64,000 nt of DNA, from IMG/VR virus record IMGVR_UViG_3300027747_000967, positions 32,001-96,000 of that record, one strand, 5' to 3'. Of this stretch, positions 30,379 to 40,347 are shown one piece after another. Below the pieces are notes generated by a model. That model was not told the DNA's origin. It made no database searches and was given only the letters and a program-made list of their open reading frames with translations. Position 1 is the first letter of the stretch, and each line of letters starts with the position of its first letter. The DNA comes from a virus. The position numbers were made by a program, and so were the translations under genes.

Positions 30379-30381
30379 TTA

Positions 30382-31557
30382 CTATCTCACCTTTAATAAA
30401 TTTGCACGAGCAAATTCGGCTCGGTTGACTAATTTTGTAGGCTCGCCTGCATGATTGACTACAAAACCTTCTGGTTTACTTCTTTTACCTGCAATATGGT
30501 GGTCTAATCCACCTTCATGTTGTTCTAAATTTTTAACTAAAATATTTTTAGCTTGTTGTAAGTGGTGATGCATATTTAATAAATTTTCATAATGGTCTTT
30601 ATTTTTTTCTATATGGTCAGTATGCATTTTTGCTTCTTGTTTTTTTCTTGATTGAGCCGCAGGCGTTTTTAATTTAGCAATAGCTTTATTATATTTTTCT
30701 TGTATATGGTTTGATAAACCTTCAGCGGAAGGTTTTTCACCTGTTCTTACTGTTTGATTTATATAGGTTCCTAGTTGACCAGATTCACCACGATGTGGTT
30801 CGGTTGCCTTATACATTTCACCTTTATGTTCATCATGTATTGCTTTTGCGGCATTCATATGATTATTAAATTCTTCTTGGTCTTTTTCTGAGTAGTGTAT
30901 CTGACTAGTATCGTGTTCTGCGGATTTAGTCCAAACATCCGGATGTTGTTTGAAGTTATGTAAATCTGGATGAGGATCAGCAGACATACTATCAATTGTT
31001 TTTCCGTGATATTGTTGGTGAATAACAACACCCATTTTTGCTTTACGAACTTTATCTGCTTCTTCGCCTTTTGCGGTATAACGAATTGTGTTAGGAGTAA
31101 AAGAGACACCCCCATCCGATTCTTCTTTATCACCTTCTGAAAACATCATATCGCCTTGATATACACCAGACTTGGGTGACATCTTTTTAAGATGTTTAAG
31201 TGCTGAATGTAATTTTTCTACAAGGCCAGGAGCGTGTCCGTGATTTTTAACAATATCTGCGTGAGTATAGTTGATTTTAGGATTTTTATTGAAAGCAGAT
31301 TTCGAAGCAACAAAAAATTTACCTGTTTCTGGATGATGACCAAATACAATAGATGGAGAACCATCATACTTCATAGTTAAAGCGGTACTTTTACTTCCAG
31401 ATTTAATGTGTTCGTGTGTTTGACTTAAAGCGTTATATGTATGTGTAAAACCTTTTGAGCCATATAATAAAGGTCTATCTTCAGCATGGTCTATATGCTT
31501 AAGTTTTTGACCTTCTTCTTCGGCCTCTTCTTTTATGAATACTAAAAATGGTTTCAT
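30382..31557 (-). CDS. conserved T4-like protein with RNA-ligase-like KxDG motif (DUF6267-like)
   Basis: MKPFLVFIKEE; KHIDHAED, TMKYDGSPSIVFG, VYQGDMMF, PEGFVV, KLVNRAEF. Confidence 0.75.
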   Translation of the reverse strand: MKPFLVFIKEEAEEEGQKLKHIDHAEDRPLLYGSKGFTHTYNALSQTHEHIKSGSKSTALTMKYDGSPSIVFGHHPETGKFFVASKSAFNKNPKINYTHADIVKNHGHAPGLVEKLHSALKHLKKMSPKSGVYQGDMMFSEGDKEESDGGVSFTPNTIRYTAKGEEADKVRKAKMGVVIHQQYHGKTIDSMSADPHPDLHNFKQHPDVWTKSAEHDTSQIHYSEKDQEEFNNHMNAAKAIHDEHKGEMYKATEPHRGESGQLGTYINQTVRTGEKPSAEGLSNHIQEKYNKAIAKLKTPAAQSRKKQEAKMHTDHIEKNKDHYENLLNMHHHLQQAKNILVKNLEQHEGGLDHHIAGKRSKPEGFVVNHAGEPTKLVNRAEFARANLLKVR

Positions 31558-31599
31558 TAATTACCTCATGGATTGCAACACACTTTGGTTGCCATGATG

Positions 31600-31607
31600 T
31601 ATTTATA
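31600..31607 (-). promoter_or_regulatory. T4-type late promoter
   Basis: TATAAATA about 45 nt upstream of the cargo-protein operon. Confidence 0.8.
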
Positions 31608-31689
31608 CAACTTTTGATTTCATATAACCGAACTTTACAAAAATTCGGTTAAATATATAGAGAGAAGTTTGAGCTTAAATTATTGGGTT

Positions 31690-32523
31690 TTATACCAGTA
31701 ATTCAATCATCTTTGACATAGGATATTGAGGTTCATATCCTAATTTTTTGATTTTTTTGATGTCTAGTATCATATCTTTTGCTTGAACAATACTATGAAA
31801 TCTAGGTGTTGGTATACTATTAAAAGATGAAGAAGAATTTGTCATTTCCTTAACCTTCAACATTACGTCCATCAAACGAATACCTTCACCGTTCGCTAGG
31901 TTGTAGATTTCATTCTTTTTTCCAGAATTTAGAATAAGGTTGATACCAGACACGACATCATCTACATAAATGTAATCTCTATACACTTCACCACCCTCAT
32001 ATAGATTGATGGGATTACCTTGTTTAACTTCATTAATCATATATTGTAAAGCATTCTTCTTAGCAGACGCCTTGCCATCTGATTTACCTACCACATTACC
32101 TAAACGAATAATACGATAAGGTATTTCAAATGTTTTACAATAAGAAATGAGTAATTGTTCAGCTGCTCGTTTGGTAATTGAATAGAACCCTCTAGGGTCA
32201 CAACCATAGGTTTCTTTAGCAGGTAGTTTAACGTCACCATAGACAAACCAAGAACTAATAAAGTTAAATGTAATATCTTTACCTTTACAAGACTCTAGTA
32301 CTTTAATTAAAGTCGTAAGATTGGTTTCAATGTCAAGATAAGGGTTAGTGTGAACATTATAATTATCAATAGTAGATATAAAGTATAAAACATCCGTAAC
32401 TCCTTCCTTTGCTTTCACTTCATAGTCATTTCTTTCATTAACCCAAAGATATCCATCTGTCAATTCTACATAACGAGAACCTATAAAACCTTTACCTCCA
32501 AAAACATTGATTAATCGTTCCAT
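31690..32523 (-). CDS. NAD-dependent epimerase/dehydratase
   Basis: GGKGFIG, YSITK, RDYIYVDD. Confidence 0.85.
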   Translation of the reverse strand: MERLINVFGGKGFIGSRYVELTDGYLWVNERNDYEVKAKEGVTDVLYFISTIDNYNVHTNPYLDIETNLTTLIKVLESCKGKDITFNFISSWFVYGDVKLPAKETYGCDPRGFYSITKRAAEQLLISYCKTFEIPYRIIRLGNVVGKSDGKASAKKNALQYMINEVKQGNPINLYEGGEVYRDYIYVDDVVSGINLILNSGKKNEIYNLANGEGIRLMDVMLKVKEMTNSSSSFNSIPTPRFHSIVQAKDMILDIKKIKKLGYEPQYPMSKMIELLV

Positions 32524-33794
32524 TTTTTACAAACCTTTTCAATGTAAGCCAAAATCTTTTCATTATAAAGAGGTGAACAACCAATAAAGAATACATTACT
32601 GAGAGCAAGATTTGAATTAGGATACTTTTTATAGTCATCTAGATGTTTGTATCCTGGATGTAATAAAATGTTACCACTAAAATAATTTCTTGTCTGAATC
32701 TTGTTTTCTTCAAAGTGAGCAACTAACATTTCTTTTGCTTCTTGTGATTCACAATAGATAGGAACACCAAACCACGAAGTTTCGGCAACAGAAGATTCGT
32801 TAATGACACGAGCCTCTTTGATGTTATTCTCAATAAACTTTTGTATTCTTTCTTTATACTCACGGCGCTTAGAGTGAATAAAATCAAATTTCTTTAATTG
32901 TTCAATACCAATTGCACCTTGTAAATCTAATGGTTTTAAATTATAACCCATTGTCGTAAACAGATACTTGTGGTCAATCACACCGTCATAGTTTGGTAAC
33001 CAGTTATCAAATCTTTTACCACAACTACCACATTGTAATAGATTGTTTGCACCAACACAATAACAATCACGACCCCACCAGGAAATGCTTCTTGCTAACT
33101 TAATATATTCTTCATCATTAGAACTGACCATTCCACCTTCACCGGTTGAGATATGATGTGCAGGATAGAATGAAGTAGACCAGCAATAATAGTATTCTGT
33201 TATTAATTCATTCTTGTATTTTGTACCAAGACTATCACAATTATCACCAATCAATAAAATATTGTTACGATAACAAATGTCATGTAATACATCCATATCA
33301 GGAGGATTACCAAGAACAGGAGATACAAAAATTGCTCTAGTCTTTGATGTAATCTTTTCTTCGATTCTTGTAACATCAAAATTTAGTGTTTTTAACTCAA
33401 TATCAATGAAAACAGGTTTCAAACCATTCTGTGAGATTGGTGCAATCGTTGTGGGGAATCCAACAGGAGATACAATAATCTCATCTTCAGGTTCCCATTT
33501 AAATTTATTCTTTAGTGCCGTAATCATTACAAGGTTCGCTGATGAACCTGAGTTTACCATGTGTGAGTATTTGACATTAAACTTATCACAAAACTCTTGT
33601 TGAAATTGAGACACTTTTTCACCAGAAACAATCCATTTACCATTGACTAATGTATCAATTGCAGCATACATTTCTTTTTCGTCCCACAGTTGGCCTGAAT
33701 ACTGAACGAATTGTCCTTCTTCGTAATTGTCATAATTCTTTGCGTAAGCTGGACGCTCTCTCGATAATGCTTCAATCATTTGATGTATAATCAT
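32511..33794 (-). CDS. DegT/RfbH-family PLP-dependent sugar aminotransferase/dehydrase
   Basis: VNSGSSANL, DNCDSLG, SFYPAHHISTGEGG (His at the Lys position, as in RfbH/E1), WGRDCYC. Confidence 0.9.
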   Translation of the reverse strand: MIIHQMIEALSRERPAYAKNYDNYEEGQFVQYSGQLWDEKEMYAAIDTLVNGKWIVSGEKVSQFQQEFCDKFNVKYSHMVNSGSSANLVMITALKNKFKWEPEDEIIVSPVGFPTTIAPISQNGLKPVFIDIELKTLNFDVTRIEEKITSKTRAIFVSPVLGNPPDMDVLHDICYRNNILLIGDNCDSLGTKYKNELITEYYYCWSTSFYPAHHISTGEGGMVSSNDEEYIKLARSISWWGRDCYCVGANNLLQCGSCGKRFDNWLPNYDGVIDHKYLFTTMGYNLKPLDLQGAIGIEQLKKFDFIHSKRREYKERIQKFIENNIKEARVINESSVAETSWFGVPIYCESQEAKEMLVAHFEENKIQTRNYFSGNILLHPGYKHLDDYKKYPNSNLALSNVFFIGCSPLYNEKILAYIEKVCKKWND

Positions 33795-33795
33795 A

Positions 33796-34512
33796 TTATG
33801 CCTCTGTATTAAATGTAATTACTTCTTTTATGTCACTACGATATGTATTTGGTGGATAATACCATCTATTTGTTTCACCTGGATGCATATCATAAGCCTT
33901 TGGATTTCCGCTACCGTGCCAACATTCTAAATCATAACGATGGTGCGGTTGACCAGAAAACTGTGGTTGATAATTATTTTCTGGTGGTGGAATTAATTTT
34001 TTACATCTTCTCAAATAAGATGCTTTGGCCCAATAGAAGTTACCAGCATAAAAAGGATGTGGAGGTTCACCTAAAAATGCAGCACCACAAGTATCATAAC
34101 CTTCATCTAATTTAGCTACACATTCTTGCCATTTTTCAATGTTCCAATACTGCATATACTTACGCCAGTTTTGATGGCCGCCATCAGGATGAGAAACACC
34201 TTTATGTGTCATATGACATACATAAAATTCTTCATCGGAAGAATGTACCATGTTTTGGATGTATTGTGATGTTGTTGCTTCGTACCATTCTTTATATGAT
34301 TCATCAAAGTCATGATAAAAAACATTCGTTCTATTTTCCCAACGTTGTTCTAACCAACGGAAGTTTTCTTCACCAAAATGCAACATCATATGAACTTCAT
34401 CAGCGGCATCAAGTAAACCAGTTTTTTCTAGTAACTCGGTTTGTTCTAAGGTGATTTCTCTACCTCTCATCATGTGCATTGCATGACTAAAAACTTTTAT
34501 TTTCATTATCAA
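33796..34512 (-). CDS. hypothetical protein, possibly glycosyltransferase-like
   Basis: HKGVS...WRKYM.YWNIE.W...YAGNFYWAKASYL; in the glycan cluster. Confidence 0.55.
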   Translation of the reverse strand: MIMKIKVFSHAMHMMRGREITLEQTELLEKTGLLDAADEVHMMLHFGEENFRWLEQRWENRTNVFYHDFDESYKEWYEATTSQYIQNMVHSSDEEFYVCHMTHKGVSHPDGGHQNWRKYMQYWNIEKWQECVAKLDEGYDTCGAAFLGEPPHPFYAGNFYWAKASYLRRCKKLIPPPENNYQPQFSGQPHHRYDLECWHGSGNPKAYDMHPGETNRWYYPPNTYRSDIKEVITFNTEA

Positions 34513-35177
34513 TTCCTTTTTGCTATAATGGTCAATATATTTGGTAAGTATGAAACAGATTTACGAATCTCATCTTCGTGATTACAAATATGAATTGGAG
34601 TAAATCCTGCTTTATGAACTAATGTAATTAAACCATGTGAATCAAAATGATGGAAATGTTCATTTTCTTTACGGTGTTTCCATGTTCTAAACCATTCAGC
34701 ACCCATACGCTCGTGCATCCACGGTAATGATATCATAATATATTTTGTTTTAATTGAACCAAGTAGTTCATGTATATTAGGTTCAGGAATATGTTCAATT
34801 GAATCAAAGAATGTAGTTACATCAACATCGATATCTTTGATATCTTTGATAAAAGTAATGCCTTCTGGTAACGGATAATCAGAGATATCATGACCATACA
34901 ATTTTATATCAGGTAAAAATTCTTCATTTTGTTTTTTTACACATTTCAAGAAATTGCCATCGCCATAACCAAAATCACAAATACTATTAAACTCACCTAA
35001 AGGTAAATAACTATCCAATAAATTAAATCTCAACTTTGACATTTCATCGGACATTTTTGTATAATACTCCATATAACGAGTATCATACTTCATAATTTCA
35101 CCGGTAGGTTTACTTTGAAACCAATGACCTGGTTCTATCATTTCATAATTATCAATCATAATAAATCTGTTCTCCAA
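34509..35177 (-). CDS. class I SAM-dependent methyltransferase
   Basis: ICDFGYGDGNF; FFDSIEHI. Confidence 0.8.
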   Translation of the reverse strand: MENRFIMIDNYEMIEPGHWFQSKPTGEIMKYDTRYMEYYTKMSDEMSKLRFNLLDSYLPLGEFNSICDFGYGDGNFLKCVKKQNEEFLPDIKLYGHDISDYPLPEGITFIKDIKDIDVDVTTFFDSIEHIPEPNIHELLGSIKTKYIMISLPWMHERMGAEWFRTWKHRKENEHFHHFDSHGLITLVHKAGFTPIHICNHEDEIRKSVSYLPNILTIIAKRN

Positions 35178-35866
35178 TTGTTATTCCAAAACATATTAAT
35201 ATTACCCCGACCTTGCAAAGCATAGAACGGTGTAGTATGTAGTAGCCCTACGGAACCATAATAATAATTAATATGCTTATCATCATCTAAAACAGAAGCA
35301 AAGTGTGATGTACCTGTATCACCACCAACAAAATGACTACAGTCAATAATGTTTTCAATATTTCTTATATAATCAGTATCACAAATAAAACCTTTTTGTT
35401 CTATACCACCAGGATTTGTCATACATAAAACTTTTTCGTAACCATCATATTCAGGTTGCATATAATGTTCAATCATACTGTTAACCATTTCAATTGACCA
35501 ATTTCTATAATGATTATATGGAGCATCCAACAAAGGAAAAATACAAATCTTTTTCTTTAGTGGTTTATTAAATTTTAATTTCAATTTATCACCAGTAAGT
35601 GACCTTAAATCCCAAAGATTTACATTCTGTAAATTTAATGAATTATTACTTGATTCGGAGGTAAGATAAGGAGTATTTTCTACCAACCAATCACGAAACT
35701 GTAAACAATGTGGTGCTGGATTAACCGAACGGTCAGGAAGATGAAACTTTAAATCTTTGTATAGAGGAGGTTGTTCTTGTAAAAAGGCAAGATAGTTCAG
35801 AACTGCTATTATATCACCTGCTCTTAATCCTCCGCCAAAATTGTACGGCTCAATGTTTACAATCAT
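35156..35866 (-). CDS. GT-B (GT9-like) glycosyltransferase
   Basis: RAGDII...FVGGDTGTSHFA. Confidence 0.65.
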   Translation of the reverse strand: MIVNIEPYNFGGGLRAGDIIAVLNYLAFLQEQPPLYKDLKFHLPDRSVNPAPHCLQFRDWLVENTPYLTSESSNNSLNLQNVNLWDLRSLTGDKLKLKFNKPLKKKICIFPLLDAPYNHYRNWSIEMVNSMIEHYMQPEYDGYEKVLCMTNPGGIEQKGFICDTDYIRNIENIIDCSHFVGGDTGTSHFASVLDDDKHINYYYGSVGLLHTTPFYALQGRGNINMFWNNNWRTDLL

Positions 35867-36597
35867 AATGTATTTGTGTCAAATTTTCTAATGTGTTGTA
35901 TTGATGTTTTTCTGTTTGAATAAAAGTGGTCGGTAAAAATTTCTTCTATGGTTTTATTATTCCAATTAGTCATATCATCATCATATAAAATAATAGTTTC
36001 TTTTTTTATTAAATCGGACAATACAGCAATACCTGTTACGGTAGTTATGAACTTATTACTTTTCTTTATCAAATTACAATTATACACTAAATCTTTAGTA
36101 TAGTCAAGATAGCTAACATCAAAATCTTTTAATATACCAGAGCCTTCAATGACATTAGATAATCTTCTATCATCCACATCAATAGCGTCTTTTGGTGCCC
36201 ATCTGTCACCAACCAAAATACCTGTAATATTTTCTGTTTCCACAAATGGCACTTGTAATTCAAACTCATCATCAATATTAAATTGAATGCCATAATTTTG
36301 TTTAATGAAATTAGCATACCTATGAGCAATGGCTGAATTTAAACCGTGGTTTCCTTTGTCTCCTGTATCATCAATTAAAATAGCTTGTAATGGTTCTTGT
36401 ATTTCGTGGACAAAAGATATTTTTTCAAACATTTCTTGTCCTAAAAGTAATTCTTTAATACCTTTAAATCTCTGTAATCTATGACAAATAATAAAGTGTA
36501 TTTTTTCATTAGTGTGTTTATATAAACCGGATAATGCAGGTAAACAATGTGAGAAATCGCCTAAATTATGAATACGAGGAGAAGCAATATTAATCAT
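35863..36597 (-). CDS. GT-B (GT9-like) glycosyltransferase
   Basis: HNLGDFSHCLPAL...FITTVTGIAVL. Confidence 0.6.
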   Translation of the reverse strand: MINIASPRIHNLGDFSHCLPALSGLYKHTNEKIHFIICHRLQRFKGIKELLLGQEMFEKISFVHEIQEPLQAILIDDTGDKGNHGLNSAIAHRYANFIKQNYGIQFNIDDEFELQVPFVETENITGILVGDRWAPKDAIDVDDRRLSNVIEGSGILKDFDVSYLDYTKDLVYNCNLIKKSNKFITTVTGIAVLSDLIKKETIILYDDDMTNWNNKTIEEIFTDHFYSNRKTSIQHIRKFDTNTL

Positions 36598-37430
36598 TTT
36601 GAATTATTGTATTGGTTGAAGATAATAAACCAGTCGGAAGGATCCACATAATGCATTGAGAACATTTCTGGTTTTGTTAAGTAAGACATTAAGTATAATG
36701 TTTGGTCGTAATGCACAAGGTTATGTTTTAATAATGCCAACATATTATTATAAACTAAATGCTGATAATCTTTCCACATATGCGTACCTGCTACCATATG
36801 ACAACCCATGACATACACATCGCCACGATAGATGATATCATCAATAGGTCTTTGTGGTTCAATAGGACGCAAACTGAATAGATGAATTTTATCTTTGTCA
36901 AAGTCATATGACCATTCATTAGAAGAAGGTAAGGTCGTATCATTCCTACAATAACCAAAATCAATCCATGCTGTCAAATCTGTTTTTACTAAACCAGAAT
37001 CAATTGCATTATTGATATAAAACACTTTCATTAGTTGAATCATGATGTATTCTGGCCACCAGTATTCAATAAAATGTGGTTTATCTACCTTTTCATAAAA
37101 TGATGGAGAATCAAGAACCGTTTTAACTCTTGTTTTCAATTCTTCAAATTCTTTTGGCAAAAAAGATTCTAAAATGACGATAGATGTTTTTTCTTCTAAA
37201 CCATTTTCTTTTCTTATATCACGAATTCTCTCGGCAAATTCTTCCGTTGTATAAATCACCATTGGATTTTTAATCTTGGCCAATTTTTCAAAGTATGAAA
37301 AATAAACATCAGTAGAACGATGTTGAAAATGAGGTAATGTTAAACCACGAATTTGTGTTGGTAAATTACCACGTCCAATATCAAAGAAATTGGTGATGAT
37401 TGTTATATTATTATCCATATTTTCTCTCAA
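36594..37430 (-). CDS. HtrL/YibB-family protein
   Basis: ITNFFDIGRG, YFSYF..LA, AWIDFGY, YDQTL. Confidence 0.8.
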   Translation of the reverse strand: MRENMDNNITIITNFFDIGRGNLPTQIRGLTLPHFQHRSTDVYFSYFEKLAKIKNPMVIYTTEEFAERIRDIRKENGLEEKTSIVILESFLPKEFEELKTRVKTVLDSPSFYEKVDKPHFIEYWWPEYIMIQLMKVFYINNAIDSGLVKTDLTAWIDFGYCRNDTTLPSSNEWSYDFDKDKIHLFSLRPIEPQRPIDDIIYRGDVYVMGCHMVAGTHMWKDYQHLVYNNMLALLKHNLVHYDQTLYLMSYLTKPEMFSMHYVDPSDWFIIFNQYNNSK

Positions 37431-38262
37431 TCTTTTCTTTCCAATCAGGCGCCCTATTATATTGATGCACCATTACATATTTTTCACCTTTGCTTGTGTA
37501 AACATATTCACCGTCAAAATTAGGTTCAGGACTTAATAAATTTGGCCTAAATGAGGCCATTTTATTTGGGTCTACTGTTGTACCACATTCACAAGCCCAA
37601 TTTGTATCATGGTCATTAAATTTAGTAATTGATTTATAAGGTTCTAATGATAACATGAGATTTACCCCAGCTTGGTCAGGCATAGGTTCTTGTAAATGTT
37701 GTATAGTAAGAAATACATTTAATGAAAAATCAATAAATGTTTTATATTCCCCTGCCATTGAACCGGCATTATAAATTGGTCGGTCTTTCATATGTTGTTG
37801 CATTACAGGACCAAAAGAGGTTAACATATTATTGTAACCCCACGGTTCGTCTTTATACTTTAAACTTTCACAACCATAATTTAATTTTTTGTTACCTAAA
37901 TTCTTTTCTAACCATTCGGATGGATTACTTTGAAATACTACATCAGAACAATCAGTAGAAATAACATAACGAATGTCTTTCATTTCTTTTAAAAACATCC
38001 AATGAAAATAATGTCGTGTTGCAGGAACTTGATAACCAAAGTTATCAGCAAAATGATAACCATCATTATTTTTATTACGATTATTTGATGTCAACCAAAC
38101 CTCAATACCGTTATCTTTTAATTGTTTAACTGTATCATCGGAAACATTGTGAACAATCATTGCTTTTCTTCCTGTGAAACCACAAGAATTTAATGAGTTA
38201 ACCCAACATTTTAATTTGCTGTAATCATAATTTGACACAGCACTAATAACTAAATCTTGCAT
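37411..38262 (-). CDS. GT-A glycosyltransferase-like protein
   Basis: TDCSDVVFQ.NP, YNAG, DQA..N, VHQY.R. Confidence 0.75.
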   Translation of the reverse strand: MQDLVISAVSNYDYSKLKCWVNSLNSCGFTGRKAMIVHNVSDDTVKQLKDNGIEVWLTSNNRNKNNDGYHFADNFGYQVPATRHYFHWMFLKEMKDIRYVISTDCSDVVFQSNPSEWLEKNLGNKKLNYGCESLKYKDEPWGYNNMLTSFGPVMQQHMKDRPIYNAGSMAGEYKTFIDFSLNVFLTIQHLQEPMPDQAGVNLMLSLEPYKSITKFNDHDTNWACECGTTVDPNKMASFRPNLLSPEPNFDGEYVYTSKGEKYVMVHQYNRAPDWKEKIERKYG

Positions 38263-39038
38263 AATCTTTTTCCCAAATAGTAAAAAATTGTTTCGTAATC
38301 AATTGGACCTATTTTAATATCTAATGCTTTTTCCAACTTACTTTTATCTAAAATGAATTGTCTTTCAAATACACTTGTAGTATTAATAATACTTGCTTTA
38401 TACTTATAACCATCTATTAACCATTGAATTAGTTGTCCAATGCGTAAACCTTCACCCGAACTTAAATTATAAACGCCTAATGGTTTCTTTTTACAAATCT
38501 TTTCAATAAGATTGGCAGCATAATCAACAGGTAAAAAATCTCTTTGTGTTGCCCAATCAGTAGTTAATTTAATTGAATTATTGTTTACTAATTGCGACAT
38601 ACAGTAACCCATAAATGAATTTCTACCATATTCAAAACCAAATATGTTTGAACCTCTTAATATTGTTGTTTGTTGTGGGAAATTAGATAATAATTTTATT
38701 TCGGCAATCAATTTATTTTCACTATGACGGTCATAAGGAATGCAAGTTGAAAACTCGTTAAATGTTTTTAACTCTGAAAAATCACCATAGACTTTACTCG
38801 TTGATAACATGATGTAATGTAAACCGGATTCACAAGTACGTTTACCCACAGATAAATCTACATCAATAAATTCACTATAAGGATTTGTTTTAAACAAAGG
38901 ATTTAATGCACAATTAATAACAGTATCATATTTACTTAAATCTACATCATTAAAATTATAATATGATACCTTATCAAATGTCAATAGGTGTTTAGCAATA
39001 AAACTATTCTCACCTACTACGAGGACTTTTTTCTCCAT
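38250..39038 (-). CDS. NAD-dependent epimerase/dehydratase (degenerate)
   Basis: GENSFIA, LSTSKVYG, HSENK, RDFL. Confidence 0.75.
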   Translation of the reverse strand: MEKKVLVVGENSFIAKHLLTFDKVSYYNFNDVDLSKYDTVINCALNPLFKTNPYSEFIDVDLSVGKRTCESGLHYIMLSTSKVYGDFSELKTFNEFSTCIPYDRHSENKLIAEIKLLSNFPQQTTILRGSNIFGFEYGRNSFMGYCMSQLVNNNSIKLTTDWATQRDFLPVDYAANLIEKICKKKPLGVYNLSSGEGLRIGQLIQWLIDGYKYKASIINTTSVFERQFILDKSKLEKALDIKIGPIDYETIFYYLGKRLCKI

Positions 39039-39745
39039 GGGAAGATTCCATTATATTTTTCATTCATTACTTTATTGCCATTTTCAAAAAATTCTGCATT
39101 AACAGAACCTTTACCGCCATCTACACGGTAACTTACTGTATATTCGTTTGTGCAGTCCCATTTAGGAAAGTGTTGTGATATAGCCGATAAAAATACTCTA
39201 TCTTGCCCCCAACCACCGTGCCATACGCTTGCAATCTTAGTTGCTACCGATGTTTTAATACAGTAACTATTTGTATCAACGTGATTTATGCCATGATATG
39301 TTTGCCATTTACCTAAAGATTCACAATCATCAAAGCAAATAAAATCACCTTTTTTATCATGTATTTTTCTTAATGAATAACACCAATCCAAATCTCTTGC
39401 TTCAATTGTTTCTACACATTGTTGAACGTGCCTGTCGTATAACCAATTGTCTTGGTCAAGATACATAACATAATCTGTATTAATAAGATGAGTAAAGGCA
39501 GCATATACTCTATGACCATAAAAACCTTTTGCTCCAACATTTTCTGGTAAGGTGCAGATGACTAAATTTTTTGTATCAACACCTTTATTTTTCATATTTG
39601 TTATATGATTTTTTACACCCCAATAATGGTCTTGGCCATCAACAACAAGATAACATTGTGTAGGATAAGTTTGTGTTAATACACTTTTTACTGCATCTAC
39701 AAATTCAGGATTACCTGTAGTAGGTATAATAACGGTAGCACTCAT
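39017..39745 (-). CDS. GT2 glycosyltransferase
   Basis: VIIPTTG, SVLTQT, VVDG, YLDQDNW. Confidence 0.85.
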   Translation of the reverse strand: MSATVIIPTTGNPEFVDAVKSVLTQTYPTQCYLVVDGQDHYWGVKNHITNMKNKGVDTKNLVICTLPENVGAKGFYGHRVYAAFTHLINTDYVMYLDQDNWLYDRHVQQCVETIEARDLDWCYSLRKIHDKKGDFICFDDCESLGKWQTYHGINHVDTNSYCIKTSVATKIASVWHGGWGQDRVFLSAISQHFPKWDCTNEYTVSYRVDGGKGSVNAEFFENGNKVMNEKYNGIFPWRKKSS

Positions 39746-40336
39746 TTAATATTTCCATAAAAATTGATAACCAGCATGACAAGGTTGTTTATTGACTTTT
39801 AACATATAGTCAGTAACAAATCTTCCTTTACCAGATACTTGATTATTTTCAAACCAACAATCATCAACACCAATTAAAGCACCATCTTTTAAAGAAGGTA
39901 ATATTGTTGTTAACTCATAGAGATGATGTAAAGCACTTTGATAAACAACTTCAGGATGTTCTCTAGGAGCATCAAAACTATCTAGATAAAGAAAATCAAT
40001 CTTCTTACCTTTTTCTAATAATTTAAGATTTAATTCTTTAAGAAAAGTAATACTGTCTTTTTGAACAACAGAAGAAAAATTACTTGTTAATTTACTTCTA
40101 CAATAATTAACACTTTCTTCAGATATATCTACTGTGATAAAATTACCACCGTATTCATCTATATATTTGTCAAATAATAGACTACTTTGACCATCACCGG
40201 TATAATTATCTTCTTGTCTTGCACAACCTGTTTCAACAATAAAGGGCTCTTCAATTGATTGTAGATAATTAAAGATGTAATCAAATCCACCAATTCGTTC
40301 ACCTAATCTATGTCTTACTTCATTATAAAATTGCAT
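39746..40336 (-). CDS. class I SAM-dependent methyltransferase-like protein
   Basis: IVETG, TVDIS, IDFLYLDS, GALIGVDD. Confidence 0.75.
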   Translation of the reverse strand: MQFYNEVRHRLGERIGGFDYIFNYLQSIEEPFIVETGCARQEDNYTGDGQSSLLFDKYIDEYGGNFITVDISEESVNYCRSKLTSNFSSVVQKDSITFLKELNLKLLEKGKKIDFLYLDSFDAPREHPEVVYQSALHHLYELTTILPSLKDGALIGVDDCWFENNQVSGKGRFVTDYMLKVNKQPCHAGYQFLWKY

Positions 40337-40347
40337 ATTATTCCTTA

